Below, one piece after another: positions 25,690 to 39,316 of a DNA stretch of 64,000 nt. The notes under the pieces are model-generated. The model searched no databases, had not been told where the DNA came from, and was given only the letters and a program-made list of their open reading frames with translations. The DNA comes from Leucoraja erinacea (taxonomy: Eukaryota), in assembly GCF_028641065.1 (NCBI RefSeq), contig NC_073420.1, positions 1,612,001 through 1,676,000 of the forward strand, written 5' to 3'. The position numbers and the translations under genes were made by a program. The stretch's first letter is position 1, and the number at the start of each line of letters is the position of its first letter.

Positions 25690-28560
25690 AGCATGCAGGT
25701 CCAACAGGCAGTGAAGAAAGTTAATGGCATGTTGGCCTTTATAACAAGAGGAGTCAAGTATAGGAGGAAAAAGGTCCTGCAGTTGTACAGGGCCCTGGTG
25801 AGCCCACACCTGGAGTATTGTGTGCAGTTTTGGTCCCCTAATTTGAGGAAGGACATTCTTGCTATTGAGGGAGTGCAGCGTAGGTTCACCAGATTAATTC
25901 CCGGGATGGCGGGACTGTCATATGCTGAGAGAATAGAGCGGCTGGGCTTGTACACGTGGAGTTTAGAAGGATGAGAGGGGATCTTTATGATACATATCAG
26001 ATTATTAAGGGTTTGGACACGCTAGAGGCAGGAAACATGTTCCCGATGTTGGGGGAGTCCAGAACCAGGGGCCACAGTTTAAGAATAAGGGGTAAGCCAT
26101 TTAGAACGGAGACGAGGAAACACTTTTCCACCCAGAGAGTTGTGAGTCTGTGGAATTCTCTGCCTCAAGAGGGCGGCGGAGGCAGGTTCTCTGAATACTT
26201 TCAAGAGAGAGCTAGATAGGGCTCTTAAAGGTAGCGGAGTCAGGGAATAATCAAATCAAATCAAATCAAATCAACCTTTATTGTCATCTTGCAAAGCAAC
26301 AGTTGTACAGTGCAAAATGAGAAGATGTTTCCCAGGGAATACCGGAGCATCGCACATGAAACTTAAAACATTCCACACATAATAACAATATAAACAATCC
26401 AGTCCCTGATGAAACAGTATAAATAGTTAAAAGCAGGTAAAACAGCAACATTAAAATACAGTAAAAAACAATCGGCTTGTACATGCTGGAATTCAGAAGA
26501 TTGAGGGGGATCTTATAGAAACTTACAAAATTCTTAAGGGGTTGGACAGGCTAGATGCAGGAAGATTATTCCCGATGTTGGGGAAGTCCAGAACAGGGGT
26601 CACAGTTTAAGGATAAGAGTCTTTTTAGGACCGAGATGAGAAAATCATTTTTTACACAGAGAGTGGTGAATCTGTGGAATTCTCTGCCACAGAAGGTAGT
26701 TGAGGCCACAGTTTATTGGCTATATTTAAGAGGGAGCTAGATGTGGCCCTTGTGGCTAAAGGGATCAGGGGGTATGGAGAGAAGGCAGGGATGGGATACC
26801 GAGTTGGATGATGAGCCATGATCATATCGAATGGCGGTGCAGGCTCGAAGGGCCGAATGGCCTACTCCTGCACCTATTTCTATGTTAAAATGTCCAGGGC
26901 AGCTGATTTGAGTGGCCAGTGCCAGAGTTATTGAAATGTCAATGCAAAGCCGCAGAATCAGGTGACTGATTGCCAGGCAGGAACGGGGTACTGATTGGGG
27001 ACGATCAGCCATTTTTTTTTTTTTTTAAATTATTCTCAGATTCAGATTCAGATTCAATTTTAATTGTCATTGTCAGTGTACAGTACAGAGACAACGAAAT
27101 GCATTTCGCATCTCCCTGGAAGAGCAACATAGCAAACGATTTGAATAAATAATAATAAGTGTCCGGGGGGGGTGGTGATTGGCAGTCGCCGAGGTACGTT
27201 GTTGAGTAGAGTGACAGCCGCCGGGAAGAAGCTGTTCCTCGACCTGCTGATTCGGCAACGGAGAGACCTGTAGCGCCTCCCGGATGGTAGGAGGGTAAAC
27301 AGTCCATGGTTGGGGTGAGAGCAGTCCTTGGCGATGCTGAGCGCCCTCCGCAGACAGCGCTTGCTTTGGACAGACTGAATGGAGGGGAGCGAGGAACCGG
27401 TGATGCGTTGGGCAATTTTCACCACCCTCTGCAATGCCTTCCGGCCAGAGACAGAGCAGTTGCCATACCATACTGTGATGCAGTTGGTAAGGATGCTCTC
27501 GATGGTGCAGCGGTAGAAGTTCACCAGGATCTGAGGAGACAGATGGACCTTCTTCAGTCTCCTCAGGAAGAAGAGACGCTGGTGAGCCTTCTTGATCAGA
27601 GTAGAGGTATTGTGGGTCCAAGGGGTAATTCTGTATCTTCTCTCTTTCTATTCTTTTTTAAAATTTCTTTATGCACAACTACTACGGACTGACGCAAAAC
27701 TGCATTTCGTTGTACTCATACTTGTATTTGTGCGATGATATTAAAGTTGAATTGAATTGAATGATCACATTGGGACTGGCCAAATTGTGTGCCTTCCACC
27801 ACAGTGATGAATGCTGTGGTGGATGTTTATGTTAAAATTTTATTGTGTTTTTGTGTGTGCCCTTTATCATTGTATCGCTGCTGACATATCATTTCACTTG
27901 CACTTTTTGTGCAATGTGACAAATAAACCGTTGTATTGTATATTGAATGATCACATTTACAGGGGGACTGTTGAGAGCACACTGACATACGGCATCACTT
28001 CCTGGTTCGGGAGCTGCAAGGCGTACGAACGGCACCAACTGGACAGGATAGTGAAGACCGCAAGCAGGATTATTGGTGCTCCACTCCCCTTCCTGCTGGA
28101 CATATACAAGAAGAGATGCATCAACAGAGCCATCTCCATCATCAAAGACCCTTACCACCCATCGCATGACTTTTTCACCATCCTCCCATCTGGGAAGAGA
28201 TACAGGAGCATCAGCTGCAAAACCAGCAGGATGCTCCTCAGCTTCTTCCCACAGGCTATAAGACTGTTAAATGAACTTTCCCCCCTGCCAAGTATCGCGC
28301 ACAAACACCCCGCTGCCGGTCGGAACGGCTGTTGAATGTTATTGAATGTTATTAGAGGGTTAAATTGTTCATGACATGTATTTTAACTTTAATTGCTATT
28401 TATTTTTTAACGAAAACTGAATGGACACTGGTTGAGAAACGTTTTTTTGTTTCCTCTGAGTATGCGAATACTCAGGAAATGACAATAAAGATTTACAATT
28501 ACAATTACAATTACAATATTGTATTGTTGGCTCGAAGGGCCGAATGGCCTCTCCTCTATT
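25690..28560. mobile_element. Nested retroelement stack: CR1 fragments (+) and Rex1/Babar fragments (27040-27620 minus, 27950-28330 plus)
   Basis: ORF track shows CR1 RT motifs and DUF1891-like FYRCTIESILT..ITVWYGN and YRGTVESTLTYGITSWFG; several microsatellite tails. Confidence 0.85.
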
Positions 28561-28569
28561 GCCTATTCC

Positions 28570-28973
28570 CCACCGTGTCTGACGTCATTCGCCCCGCCCC
28601 GACTATCGACGTCACACGCCCCGCCCATTCCCAACGCGTCCGACGTCATCCGCCCCGCCCCCATCCCGTGACTGGCAGTCGAGGCCCCCGCCCACCGGCC
28701 CGGGTGATTGACGGCTCCGCCTCCTCGTTGTCTGCGGCGCCCGCCGCTGATGCTAGAGGAGGAAGAAGCGAAGAACAAGCCGGCAGCGGCGAAAAACAAC
28801 GAGCACCATCCTCGGATCGAGCCGGCACACAGACATCGTCCGACCGCCAGCTCCCCCCCCCTCCTCCATCCCTCTCGCTCGGGACACAGCGACTGCAATT
28901 TGAACGCTCGCCCCCGGCCAGAGTGCGCCTTCAGCCGGCCGCAGCGCGTAGGAAAGACCGCGGATCCAGCGGT
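28570..28973 (+). promoter_or_regulatory. UBXN1: UBXN1 CpG-island promoter and probable non-coding exon 1
   Basis: TGACGTCA at about 28580, further GACGTCA sites, multiple CCGCCC boxes; donor GTAAGT at 28974-28979. Confidence 0.7.
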
Positions 28974-31609
28974 GTAAGTAGGCCCGAGCCGCTAGGCTTG
29001 TCGTGATGGTTGGGGAGAGGGAGCACTCGAAACCTGGGCCAAAGTTGGTGATGAAACCAGGAAGCAACAACTATATATTTTTTTTCTCCACATCCCATGG
29101 TTTAAAATTGGGAAAGCAAACAATTGTGTGTTTCTGATCAAAATATTTTTAGTTTTTTGGGGGAAAAGTTGCTGTACAGTTCCCCTAAGCAATACATTCT
29201 GTGATTTAAATAGCCAGAATATGCAGTCACATAGCGTGGAAACAGGCCCTTCGGCCCACAATAGCCACATGTCCCATCTTCACTAGTCCCACCTGCCCGT
29301 GTTTGGTCCATATCCCTCCAAAACCTGTCCTATCCATGTACCTGTCTAACGTGATAGCCCCAGCCTCAACTATCTCCTCCGGCAGCTCGTTCCAAACACC
29401 CACCACCCTTTAACATAGAAACATAGAAAATAGGTGCAGGAGGAGGCCATTCGGCCCTTTGAGCCTGCACCGCCATTCAATATGATCATGGCTGATCATC
29501 CAACTCAGTATCCCATCCCTGCCTTCTCTCCATACCCCCTGATCCCTTTAGCCACAAGGGCCACATCTAACTCCCTCTTAAATATAGCCAATGAACTGTG
29601 GCCTCAACTACCTTCTGTGGCAGAGAATTCCAGAGATTCACCACTCTGTGTGTGAAAAAGTTACCCCTCGGGTTCCTATTAAATCTTTTCCCACTCGCCT
29701 TAAACCCATGTGCTCTAGCTCTCGATTCCCCAACTCTGGGCAAGAGATTCAGTTTCAGTTTAGTTTATTGTCACATGTACCGAGCTGCATTGAAAAGCTT
29801 TTGTTGCGTGCCATCCAGTCAGCAGAAAGACAACACATGATTACAATTGGGCCATTACAGTACAGATACATGATAAATGAATAATGTTTAGTGCAAGGTA
29901 AGGCAAGCACAGTCTGATCAAAGTCCAAGGGTCACTAAAGAGGTAGATAATAGTTTAGCACTTCATATGTGTGACCAATATTTGACCAATTTATCTTAAA
30001 AACTGAGATTTTCACTCATTTTGCTCGTGTTGTGTTTTTTTATTTGTGACAATCAATTCCACAGATTCACCACCTCTCCGCAGATGCTGCCTGACGTGCC
30101 GAGTTCCTCCATCAGATTGCTTTGTGCATGAGATTCCATCATCTGCAGTCTCTCGAGTCCCCTCTAGTTAGTTGCCTGTTTCCACGTTGGAGTTGAGGAC
30201 TGAGATCATAGGACACAAGAGATGTCTCTTGTGATGTGAGACCACATCTGGAGTATTGTGTACAGTTTTGGTCTCCTAATTTGAGGAAGGACATCCTTGT
30301 AATTGAATAGGTTCACGAGATTGACCCCTGGGATGGCGGGACTGTCATATGAGGAAAGATTGAAAAGACTAGGCTCGTATTCACTGGAGTTTAGAAGGAT
30401 GAGGGGCAAATCTTATAGAAACATATAAAATTATAAAAGGACTGGACAAGCTAGATGCAGGAAAAATGTTCCCAATGTTGGGCGAGTCCAGAACCAGGGG
30501 CCACACAGCCTTCGAATAAAGGGGAGGTCATTTAAGACTGAGGTGAGAAAAAACGTTTTCACCCAGAGAGTTGTGAATTTATGGAATTCCCTGCCACAGA
30601 GGGCAGTGGAGACCAAATCACTGGATGGATTTAAGAGAGAGTTAGAGAGTTAGATTTTTTTATTCCCTCGTTTGCTATGTCGCTCTTCAAGGGGAGGCTA
30701 AATGCATTTCGTTGTCTCTGTACTGTACTGAGACAATTAAAATTGAATCTGAATCTGAATCTGAATAGCTCTAGGGGCTAGTGGAGTCAAGGGATATGGG
30801 GAGAAGGCAGGCACGGGTTATTGATAGGGGACGATCAGCCATGATCACAATGAATGGCGGTGCTGGCACGAAGGGCCGAATGGCCTCCTCCTGCACCTAT
30901 TTTCTATGTTTCTATCATCAAATTAGGCTGATGATAAGACGCAAAAAGCTGGATTGCCTCAGCCGGTCAGACAGCATCTCTGGAGAAAAGGAATCGGTGA
31001 GGTTTCTGGTCAAGTCAAGCAAGTTTATTGTAATGCGTCCCAGATAGGACAATGATATTTGTGCTTGCTGCAGCACAACAGAATATTGTAGGCATAAATA
31101 CAGATGAGATCAGTGTGTCCATATACCATGGAATATATATATATATATACACACATAAATAAACAGATAAAGTGCAATAGGCTGTTATAGTTCAGTGTTT
31201 GTTTGAAGTTGTGTTTAATAATCTGATGGCTGTGGGGAAGAAGCTGTTCCTGAACCTGGATGTTGCAGATTTCAGGCTCCTGTAACTACCTGATGGTAGC
31301 GGGGAGATGAGTGTGTGGCCAGGATGGTGTGGGTCCTTGATGATGCTGGCAGCCTTTTAGAGGCAGTGACTGCGATAGATCCCCTCGAAGGTAGGGAGGT
31401 CAGAGCCGATGATGGACTGGGCAGTGTTGAGACCCTTTTTCAGACTGAGAGTCGGGGATGCAGCGAGATATAGAACAAATGAACGAAAGATAAGCAAAAA
31501 AAGTAACAATGATAATGGAAACTGGCCATTGTTAGCTGTGTGCTAAGTGAAAACAAGTTATACAGACAATGGAACTCGCCAGGATAACAGTGAACGACTA
31601 GAGTGACTT

Positions 31610-32270
31610 CATTCACTTGCACCTCCTCCAACCTTATCAGCCATGTCCGTTATTCCAGGTGTGGACTCGCGTACATCGGCGAGACTGGGCGATCGGTTCG
31701 CCAACCAACCTCCGCTCAGTCTGCGTAAACCTACCTGATCTCCTGGTTGCCAAATGCTGTAATTCCCCCTCCCATTCCCACACTAATCTTTCTGTCCTGG
31801 GCCGCCTCCAATGTCAGGATGAGGCCAAACGCAAATTGGAGGAACAGCACCTCATATTTCGCTTGGGCAGCTTGCAACCCAGCGGAGTAGACAGCTCCAT
31901 AGATGCTGCTGCACCCGCTGAGTTTCTCCAGCAATTTTGTGTACCTACAACCCAGCGGTAGGAGTTTGATGTCTCTAACTCCAAGTAACCCTTGCTTTCC
32001 CTCTTTCCATCCCTCCCCCACCCGAGTTCTCCGACTGGTTTCACTGTCCTCTTGATTAATTTTACTGTTTGCATGCCTCGTTGTCAACTTCCCCATTGTC
32101 AACAATGAACATTTGTACAGTTCTTTGAACGTCGTCTGCTTTGATCTGTCCTTTTCACACCTTACATGTTCTTCCGTATCACTAGTTTCCCTCTCCCCCG
32201 CCTCTCAGTCTGAAGAAGGGTCTCGACCAGAAACGTCACCCATTCCTGCTCTCCAGAGATGCTGCCTGTC
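31610..32270 (+). mobile_element. Second Penelope-like GIY-YIG 3' fragment with hammerhead-like tail
   Basis: TTCACTTGCACCTCCTCCAACCTT..TACATCGGCGAGAC (YIGET), KRKLEEQHLIFRLGSLQP; CTGAAGA at 32210. Confidence 0.8.
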
Positions 32271-32671
32271 AATAGACAATAGGTGCAGGAGTAGGCCGTT
32301 TGGCCCTTCGATCACATTCAATGTGATCATGGCTGATCATCCCCAATCAGTACCCCGTTCCTGCCTTCTACCCATATCCCCTGACCCGCTATTTTTAAGA
32401 GCCCTATCTAGCTCGCTCTTGAAAGCATCCAGAGAACCTGCCTCCACCGCCCTCTGAGGCAGAGAATTCCACAGACTCACAAACGCTCTGTGAGAAAAAG
32501 TGTTTCCTCGTCTCCGTTCTAAATGGCTTACTCCTTATTCTTAAACTGTGGCCCCTGGCTCTGGACTCCCCCAACATCAGGAACGTGTTTCCTGCCTCTA
32601 GCGTGTCCAAGCCCATAACAATCTAGGATCCGTCCCGCTGAGTTACTCCAGCATTTTGTGTCTACGGTGTA

Positions 32672-33105
32672 AAGTCAAGTCAAGTTTATTTGTCACATAC
32701 ACATACGAGATGTGCAGTGAAATGAAAGTGGCAATGCTCGCGGACTTTTGTGCAAAAGACAAACAACAAAACAACCAAACAAATTATAAACACAATCATA
32801 ACACACATATTCTTTTACATAATAAATAATGGAAGGAAAAACGTTCTGTAGAGTTAGTCCCTGGTGAGATAGGCGTTTACAGTCCGAATTGCCTCTGGGA
32901 AGAAACTCCTTCTCAACCTCTCCGTTCTCACCGCATGGCAACGGAGGCGTTTGCCTGACCGTAGCAGCTGGAACAGTCCGTTGCAGGGGATGGAAGGGGT
33001 CTCCCATGATTTTATTTGCTCTGGAGTTGCACCTCCTGTTTAGTTCCTGCAGGGGGGTGAGTGAAGTTCCCATAGTGCGTTTGGCCGAACGCACTACTCT
33101 CTGCA
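32672..33105 (-). mobile_element. Rex1/Babar-type LINE 3' end with (CTTGA)n tail; near-identical to 56870-57390
   Basis: LQRVVRSAKRTMGTSLTPLQEL..GDPFHP; the same sequence occurs on + at 56870. Confidence 0.8.
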
Positions 33106-33244
33106 GGTGTAAACAGCATCTGCAGTTCCTTCCTACACATATGTTGAGTATGCTCTCTGTACATCTGGCCAATTCTTAGGATCTGATGCTTAATTTGCTC
33201 TGTACTTCCCTCACAGATTATCTTCTTGATCCGGACTGCAGGAG

Positions 33245-33303
33245 ATGACCGAGATGAATGCGTTGGAATCGATGATGGAGATGGGATTCTCCCAGAACAG
33301 AGC
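33245..33303 (+). CDS. UBXN1: UBXN1 first coding exon (start of UBA domain)
   Basis: Acceptor at 33215-33216; MTEMNALESMMEMGFSQNRA; donor GC|GTAAGC, phase 2. Confidence 0.9.
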
Positions 33304-33991
33304 GTAAGCGCTCCCAATCTTGCCGTACCCCGGACAGGAGGCCACGTTTCATACGGGAGGCCACGTTTCTGTCCGTTCTGTTGCGTTAGTTGGCTCTTCC
33401 CATAGTCCCCTCCCTCCCTCCTAGCGGTTCCTACTGGGTGAAAGGGCACAAAGTGCTGGGGTAACTCAGCGGGTCAGGCAGTATCTCTGGAGAACGTGGA
33501 CAGGTGACGTTTCGGGTCAGGACCCTTCTTCACTTGCCAGGTTTTGTCCCACCACCCCTCCTCTTTCCCAGCTTTCTTCCCCCTCCCCCCTCCTCCCCCC
33601 AATAACAATGAATCTGAAGAATAGCCCCGCAAAGACCGCTCCCTCCGTAACTCCCTTGTCAATTCTTCCCTTCCCTCCCGTACCACCCCCTCCCCCCGGG
33701 CACTAGTGAGCTACAGGGAGAGGTTGAGCAGGCTGGGTCTCTATTCCCTGGAGCGCAGGGGGGTGAGGTGATCTTATAGAGGTGTACAAAGTCACGAGAG
33801 GAATAGATCTGGTGGACCCGCACGGTCTTTTGCCCAGAGGTGAATCGAGGACCAAGTTTTAAGATAAAGGGGAATAGATTTAATAGGAATCTGAGGGGTA
33901 ACTTTTTCACACAAAGGGTGCTGGGCATATGGAATAAGCTGCCAGAGGAGGTAGTTGAGGCAGGGACCATCCTAACGTTTAAGAAACAGAC

Positions 33992-34292
33992 CAGGGGTGG
34001 GGAACCTGTGGCTTTAAGGCTGCATGCGGCCTTCTAGGCCATTGTGTGCGGCCTTTTGAATGAATCCAAATTTTGTAGTACAAATCCTTTTATTTTTATT
34101 AATATGTTTTTGTTTGTCTTTTATTATTTTTAGTTTAATCTGCAAATTAACGTATTTAAAATACCCAAAGAGTAAAAGAAGATTTAAAAAAAATAATAAT
34201 CCTATATCTAATTGAAGTTTTTTGGATGTGGCCTCATTAAATTACAGCTAACTTAATGCGGCATTCTGACATGGAAAAGTTCCCCACCCCTG
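33992..34292. mobile_element. hAT/Charlie-like MITE inserted into a CR1 fragment
   Basis: TIR CAGGGGTGGGGAAC / GTTCCCCACCCCTG; right flank AGTTAGAC fits an 8-bp hAT target, left copy degraded. Confidence 0.7.
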
Positions 34293-34732
34293 AGTTAGAC
34301 CGATACATGGTCTAACTCAGAGTGGTAGCGGTGTGGAATGAGCTTCCAGTGGAAGTGGTGGAGGCAGGTTCGTTGGTATCATTTAAAAATAAATTGGATA
34401 GGCATATGGATGAGAAGGGAATGGAGGGTTATGGTATGAGTGCAGGCAGGTGGGACTAAGAGAAAAAAAGTTGTTCGGCATGGACTTGTAGGGCCGAGAT
34501 GGCCTGTTTCCGTGCTGTAATTGTTAGATGGTTATATGGCTAGGACAGGTTTGGAGAGATAGGGACCAAATGTAGGCAGGTGGGACTAGTGTAGCTGGGA
34601 CATGTTGGCCAGTGTGGGCAAGTTGGGCTGCGGCCTGTTTCCACGCTGTATCTTGCTGTATGACTCTATGACCAGTGCCTTATAAAGCCTCAGCTTTGTT
34701 TTAATTATGTTATTTTTGTGTTTTTTTCCCAG

Positions 34733-34786
34733 GGAAAGGGCGTTGGCATTGTCAGGGAATCAAGGAATTGAGAAAGCCATGGACTG
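34733..34786 (+). CDS. UBXN1: UBXN1 coding exon 2
   Basis: ERALALSGNQGIEKAMDW; AG/GT boundaries in phase. Confidence 0.93.
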
Positions 34787-35698
34787 GTACGGAAGTGTTT
34801 GTTCTCTCTCAGCTACTCATCTCTCACGTCTGAAAAAGGGTCTCGACCCGAAACGTCACCTATTCCTTCGCTCCATAGATGCTGCCTCACCCGCTGAGTT
34901 TCTCCAGCATTTTTGTCCAACTTTGATTTTTTTCCTGCATCTGCAGTTCTTTCTCAAACATAAACGTCATACGTTAACCCACTCATTCCTGGGATCATTC
35001 TCGTAAACCTCCTCCGGATCCTCTCCAACGCCAGCACATCCTTCCCCAAATATGGGGCCCAAAACTGCTCACAAATGCAATCCGCCCAAAGCCTCAGCAA
35101 TACATCCCTGTTTTTGAATTCTCATCCTCTCGAAATAAATGCCTGCCATTGTATTTGCCTTCCTCGCTATGGACTTGACCGTCAAAAATGAACCTTTTGG
35201 GAATCTTGCACCAGCGCTCCCAAGTCCCTTCGCACCTCCGATTTCTGACTTGTGTAGGGAATGATTTGGAATTTATTCCTTGGAGTGCAGGAGGCTGAGG
35301 GATGATTTCTGAATTTCACGAGTCTGTAGTCAGTGTTGTTTTATCTGTCACATGTGCAACTACGCAGTGAAATACCGCTACCATGTATTACAGATGCGGG
35401 CACCGCCATTATAGGCGCCGTTGCCAAAGGCCTGAGTCCGTGAAACGACGTCTCTCCTTTCCTCGCCCGGCCATCTTTGTGACCCGGGGGTGCCTCCTGT
35501 GGCCGACCGAGGCACTACCCCCGTTCACCGTTCAACCCGCCCTTGCCCCCTCGTGCCCGACGTCTCCAGCTCTCTCACGGTTTACACCGATCGCCGAGTG
35601 GGTTTCTGGTCCCACCGAACGCGAGCCTTTAGTTGGGCGTGGCGATGGGCCGCTGGCTTCCACCCTAATACCCGTCTTCTCCTCTCCCCCGTTCCCAG

Positions 35699-35814
35699 GT
35701 TAATGGAGCACGAAGATGACCCCAATCTGGACGAACCCTACGTCCCACCACAGGGCGACGTCCTGGGCACCGTGGAGAGATCGGAAGCCGAGGAGGCAGA
35801 GTTAACCTTCCAAG
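35699..35814 (+). CDS. UBXN1: UBXN1 coding exon 3 (probable GC donor)
   Basis: LMEHEDDPNLDEPYVPPQGDVLG..TFQ; best phase-1 donor is AAG|GCGAGT. Confidence 0.82.
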
Positions 35815-36505
35815 GCGAGTGTGAAAGTGTCGGCGAGGTTTTGGTTACCCGAGCACCACAGTTAGCAAGAGGACACTCCGCCCATCGTTCCCGTGGTTCA
35901 TTTCAGAGATACAGGCTCATTCCCATCGCCATCTCTTCAGCTGCCCAGGCACACACCGTTCAACTCTCGGAGGCCGTGACCTTCGTTAGTCCGGCAAAAA
36001 CGGACAATCCAGACGGGCTCGGGAACTTAGTTTAGTTCCGGGAAACAGGCCTTTCGGCCCACCAAGTCTGCGCTGACCAGTGGTCCCCGCACACTCACAC
36101 TATCCTATGCACACAAGGGACAATTGACAATTGATACCAAGCCAATTCGCCCTCAAAATTGTACGTCTTTGGAGTGTGGGAGGAAACCGGAGATCCCGGA
36201 GAGGACACACGGGGTGAACGTGCAAACTCCATTCAGAGAGCACGCGTAGTCGGGATCGAACCCGGGTCTCTGGTGCTGCAAGTGCTGAAAGGCAGCAGCT
36301 CAGTACATCCACTCTATCCGGGCCTTTCACGATTCGGTACGTTTCAATGAGGCCGCCCTTCCCCTCGTCCTTCTAAACTCCAGCGAGTACAGGCCCAATG
36401 CTTTCAAACTACCATCAGTTTTTTCAGCCCCCCCCCCCCCTTCCTTCAGCTTCTTCACCTGCATCGTGAAGTGTTCTGCTCACCTAATCTGATTCTTTCC
36501 CACAG

Positions 36506-36572
36506 AGAATTCCAACCAGATCCAACAGAACGCATCGCTATCGGAGGAGGAGAAGAAGGAACAGCTACGGAG
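36506..36572 (+). CDS. UBXN1: UBXN1 coding exon 4
   Basis: NSNQIQQNASLSEEEKKEQLR; cacag acceptor, AG|GTAGGG donor. Confidence 0.88.
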
Positions 36573-37261
36573 GTAGGGGCTTTTTAGTAACATAGAAACA
36601 TAGACATAGACAATAGGTGCAGGAGTAGGCCATTCGGTCCTTTGAGCCTGCAACGCCATTCAATATGATCATGGCTGATCATCCAACTCAGTATCCTGTC
36701 CCTGCCTTCTCTCCATACCCCCTGATCCCTTTAGCCACAAGGGTCACATCTAACTCCCTCTTAAATATAGCCAATGAACTGTGGCCTCAACTACCCTCTG
36801 TGGCAGAGAATTCCACAGATTCACCACTCTCTGTGTGAAAAATGTTTTTCTCATCTCGGTCCTAAAAGATTTCCCCCTTATCCTTAAACTGTGTGACCCC
36901 TTGTTCTGGACTTCCCCAACATCGGGAACAATCTTCCTGCATCTTGCCTGTCCAACCCCTTAAGAATTTTGAAGTTTCTATAAGATCCCCCTCAATCTGC
37001 CCACTCACTCAACCAGTCCAGGTCACCGTTGAGGTCACAGTTCATTAGCTATATTTAAGAGGGAGTTAGATGTGGCCCTTGTGGCTAAAGGGATCAGGGG
37101 GTATGGAGAGAAGGCAGGTACAGGATACTGAGTTGGATGATCAGTCATGACCATATTGAATGGCGGTGCAGGCTCGAAGGGCCGAATGGCCTACTCCTGC
37201 ACCTATTGTCTATGTTTCTATGCTGATGTTTGGCCTCTTGTGGCCTCTCTCCGCCCCGCAG

Positions 37262-37453
37262 GCTGGAGGAGCTGATGAAGCAGCGGCAACTGGAGCGGGA
37301 GGAGCGGGAGAAACAGGACGAGGTGAACCGGGAGAAACAGCGGCGGAAACAAGGCCAGGAGCTCTCGCTCATCCGCCAGAAGCTGCAGGAGGAGGAGATG
37401 AAGAAGATCGCCGAGGACAGGCGCAAGGAGAAGCAGGAGGACATCCGGGCCAA
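37262..37453 (+). CDS. UBXN1: UBXN1 coding exon 5 (coiled coil)
   Basis: [41 protein letters not shown]. Confidence 0.93.
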
Positions 37454-38446
37454 GTAACCAGACCCCGTGGGGGTGGGAGTGGGAGGGGGGGGGGGGGTCA
37501 TAAGCGATAGGAGCAGAATTAGCCCATTCGGCCCATCAAGTCTACTCCGCCACTCAATCACGGCTGATCTATCTCTCCCTCCTAACCCCATTCCCCTGCC
37601 TTCTCCCCATAACCCCCGACACCCGCACTAATCAAAGTCGACAAAAATGCTGGAGAAACTCAGCGGGTGAGGCAGCATCTATGGAGCGAAGGAATAGGTG
37701 ACGTTACTGGTCGAGACCCTTCGAAGAAGTCTGATCACCCCCAATCAGTAACCAGTTCCTGCCTTCTCCCCATATCCCTTCACTCCGCTATCTTTTAAGA
37801 GCTCCATCTAACTCTCTCTTGAAAGCTTCCAGAGAATCAGCCTCCACTGCCTTCTGAGGCAGAGAATTCCACAGACTCACCATTCGCCCCTTGCAGCCAG
37901 CACCGCCATTCAATGTGATCATGGCAGATCATCCCCAATCAGTACCCCGTTCCTGCCTTCTCCCCATATCTCCTGACTCCGTTACCTTTAAGAGCCCTAT
38001 CTAGCTCTCGCTTGAAAGTATCCAGAGAACCGGCCTCCACCGCCCACTGAGGCAGAAAATTCCACAGACTCGCCACTCTCTGTGAGAAAAAGGTGTTTCC
38101 TCGTTTCCGCTCGAAATGGCTTACCCCTTATTCTTAAACTGTGTGGCCCCCTGGTTCTGAACATTGGGAACAGGCGGAACTAGTATAGATGGGGCATGTT
38201 GGTTTGGGTGGGCAAGTTGGGCCGTGGGGCCTGTTTCCACGCTGTGTGATTCTATGAAGCCCGCCTTAGGCCTGTCTCTCCCGATTCCCCACCTCTGGGT
38301 TAAAAGACTCCGTGAGTTCTCCCGATCTGTCCTGTGGTTGAGTGGGCTCGGTTGAGTGGGGGGCTGAAGATGCACTCTGATGTGAAACCTCTGCCTCCCC
38401 TTTTGAACCCGCCGCCATTGACTCCATCTTTCCACCGCTATTTCAG

Positions 38447-38498
38447 GCAGAGAGTTCGAGAAAAGATCGAGAGAGACAAGGCTGAGAGAGCACTGAAG
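38447..38498 (+). CDS. UBXN1: UBXN1 coding exon 6
   Basis: QRVREKIERDKAERALK; donor GTGAGT. Confidence 0.95.
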
Positions 38499-39205
38499 GT
38501 GAGTAGAGGTCCTTCAATGCATGTACTTTCCTTGGCAGGGGTGTGTGTGTGGTGGGGGGGGGGTTGGAGAGGCATTGCCTCCTTGGTTACTGGATCTACA
38601 CGTCAAGTTCCAAACACACCTCCAGATTCGGGGACAGTTTCTTCCCACATGTTATTCCAGGCAAGGCTTTGAAGCCAAGGCAGGGCTTCCAGTGAAGGTG
38701 GTGGAGGCAGGTTCGTTTTTATAATTTAAAAATAAATTGGATAGTTATATGGATGGGAAGGGAATGGAGGGTTATGGTCTGAGCGCAGGTATATGGGACT
38801 AGGGGAGATTATGTGTTCGGCACGGACTAGAAGGGTCGAGATGGCCTGTTTCCGTGCTGTAATTGTTATATGGTTATATGGTTTAACAGAACCATCTTAT
38901 AACCAGAGAGCGTTCCTGACATCCCATTAGAGACCCTCAGACTATCTTTAATCAGATTTTACTGACGTTTATCTTGCATTATATGTTATTTCCATTATCC
39001 TATACCTGCACACGATGGTTCGATTGTAATCATGTATAATCTTTCTGCAGAGTGGATAGCAGGCAACAAAAATATTTTCACTGTACCTCAGTACAGGTGA
39101 CGGTAAATTGAACTAAACTAAGTTGTGGATTTGATGGGCCGAAGGGCCTGTTTCCGTGCTGTATCGCTAAACCGTGTCCTCTTTTCTTCCCACCTCCCAC
39201 CCCAG

Positions 39206-39316
39206 TTTGGCGGAGGTCCCGTGGCCACAGTCTCTCCACCGCAGCCAACGCCAGCGCTCCCTCAGTCTAGCCAAGCAACATCGGCCAAGAGGGAGTACGA
39301 TGAATGCAGGCTACAG
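39206..39316 (+). CDS. UBXN1: UBXN1 coding exon 7
   Basis: FGGGP..KREYDECRLQ; donor GTGAGT. Confidence 0.93.

Noticed and set aside
35255-35330. ATGAT..CTGA pattern suggesting an intronic C/D snoRNA
   Set aside because: The interior is CR1-derived (TTTATTCCTTGGAGTGCAGGAGGCTGAGGG) and there is no terminal stem.
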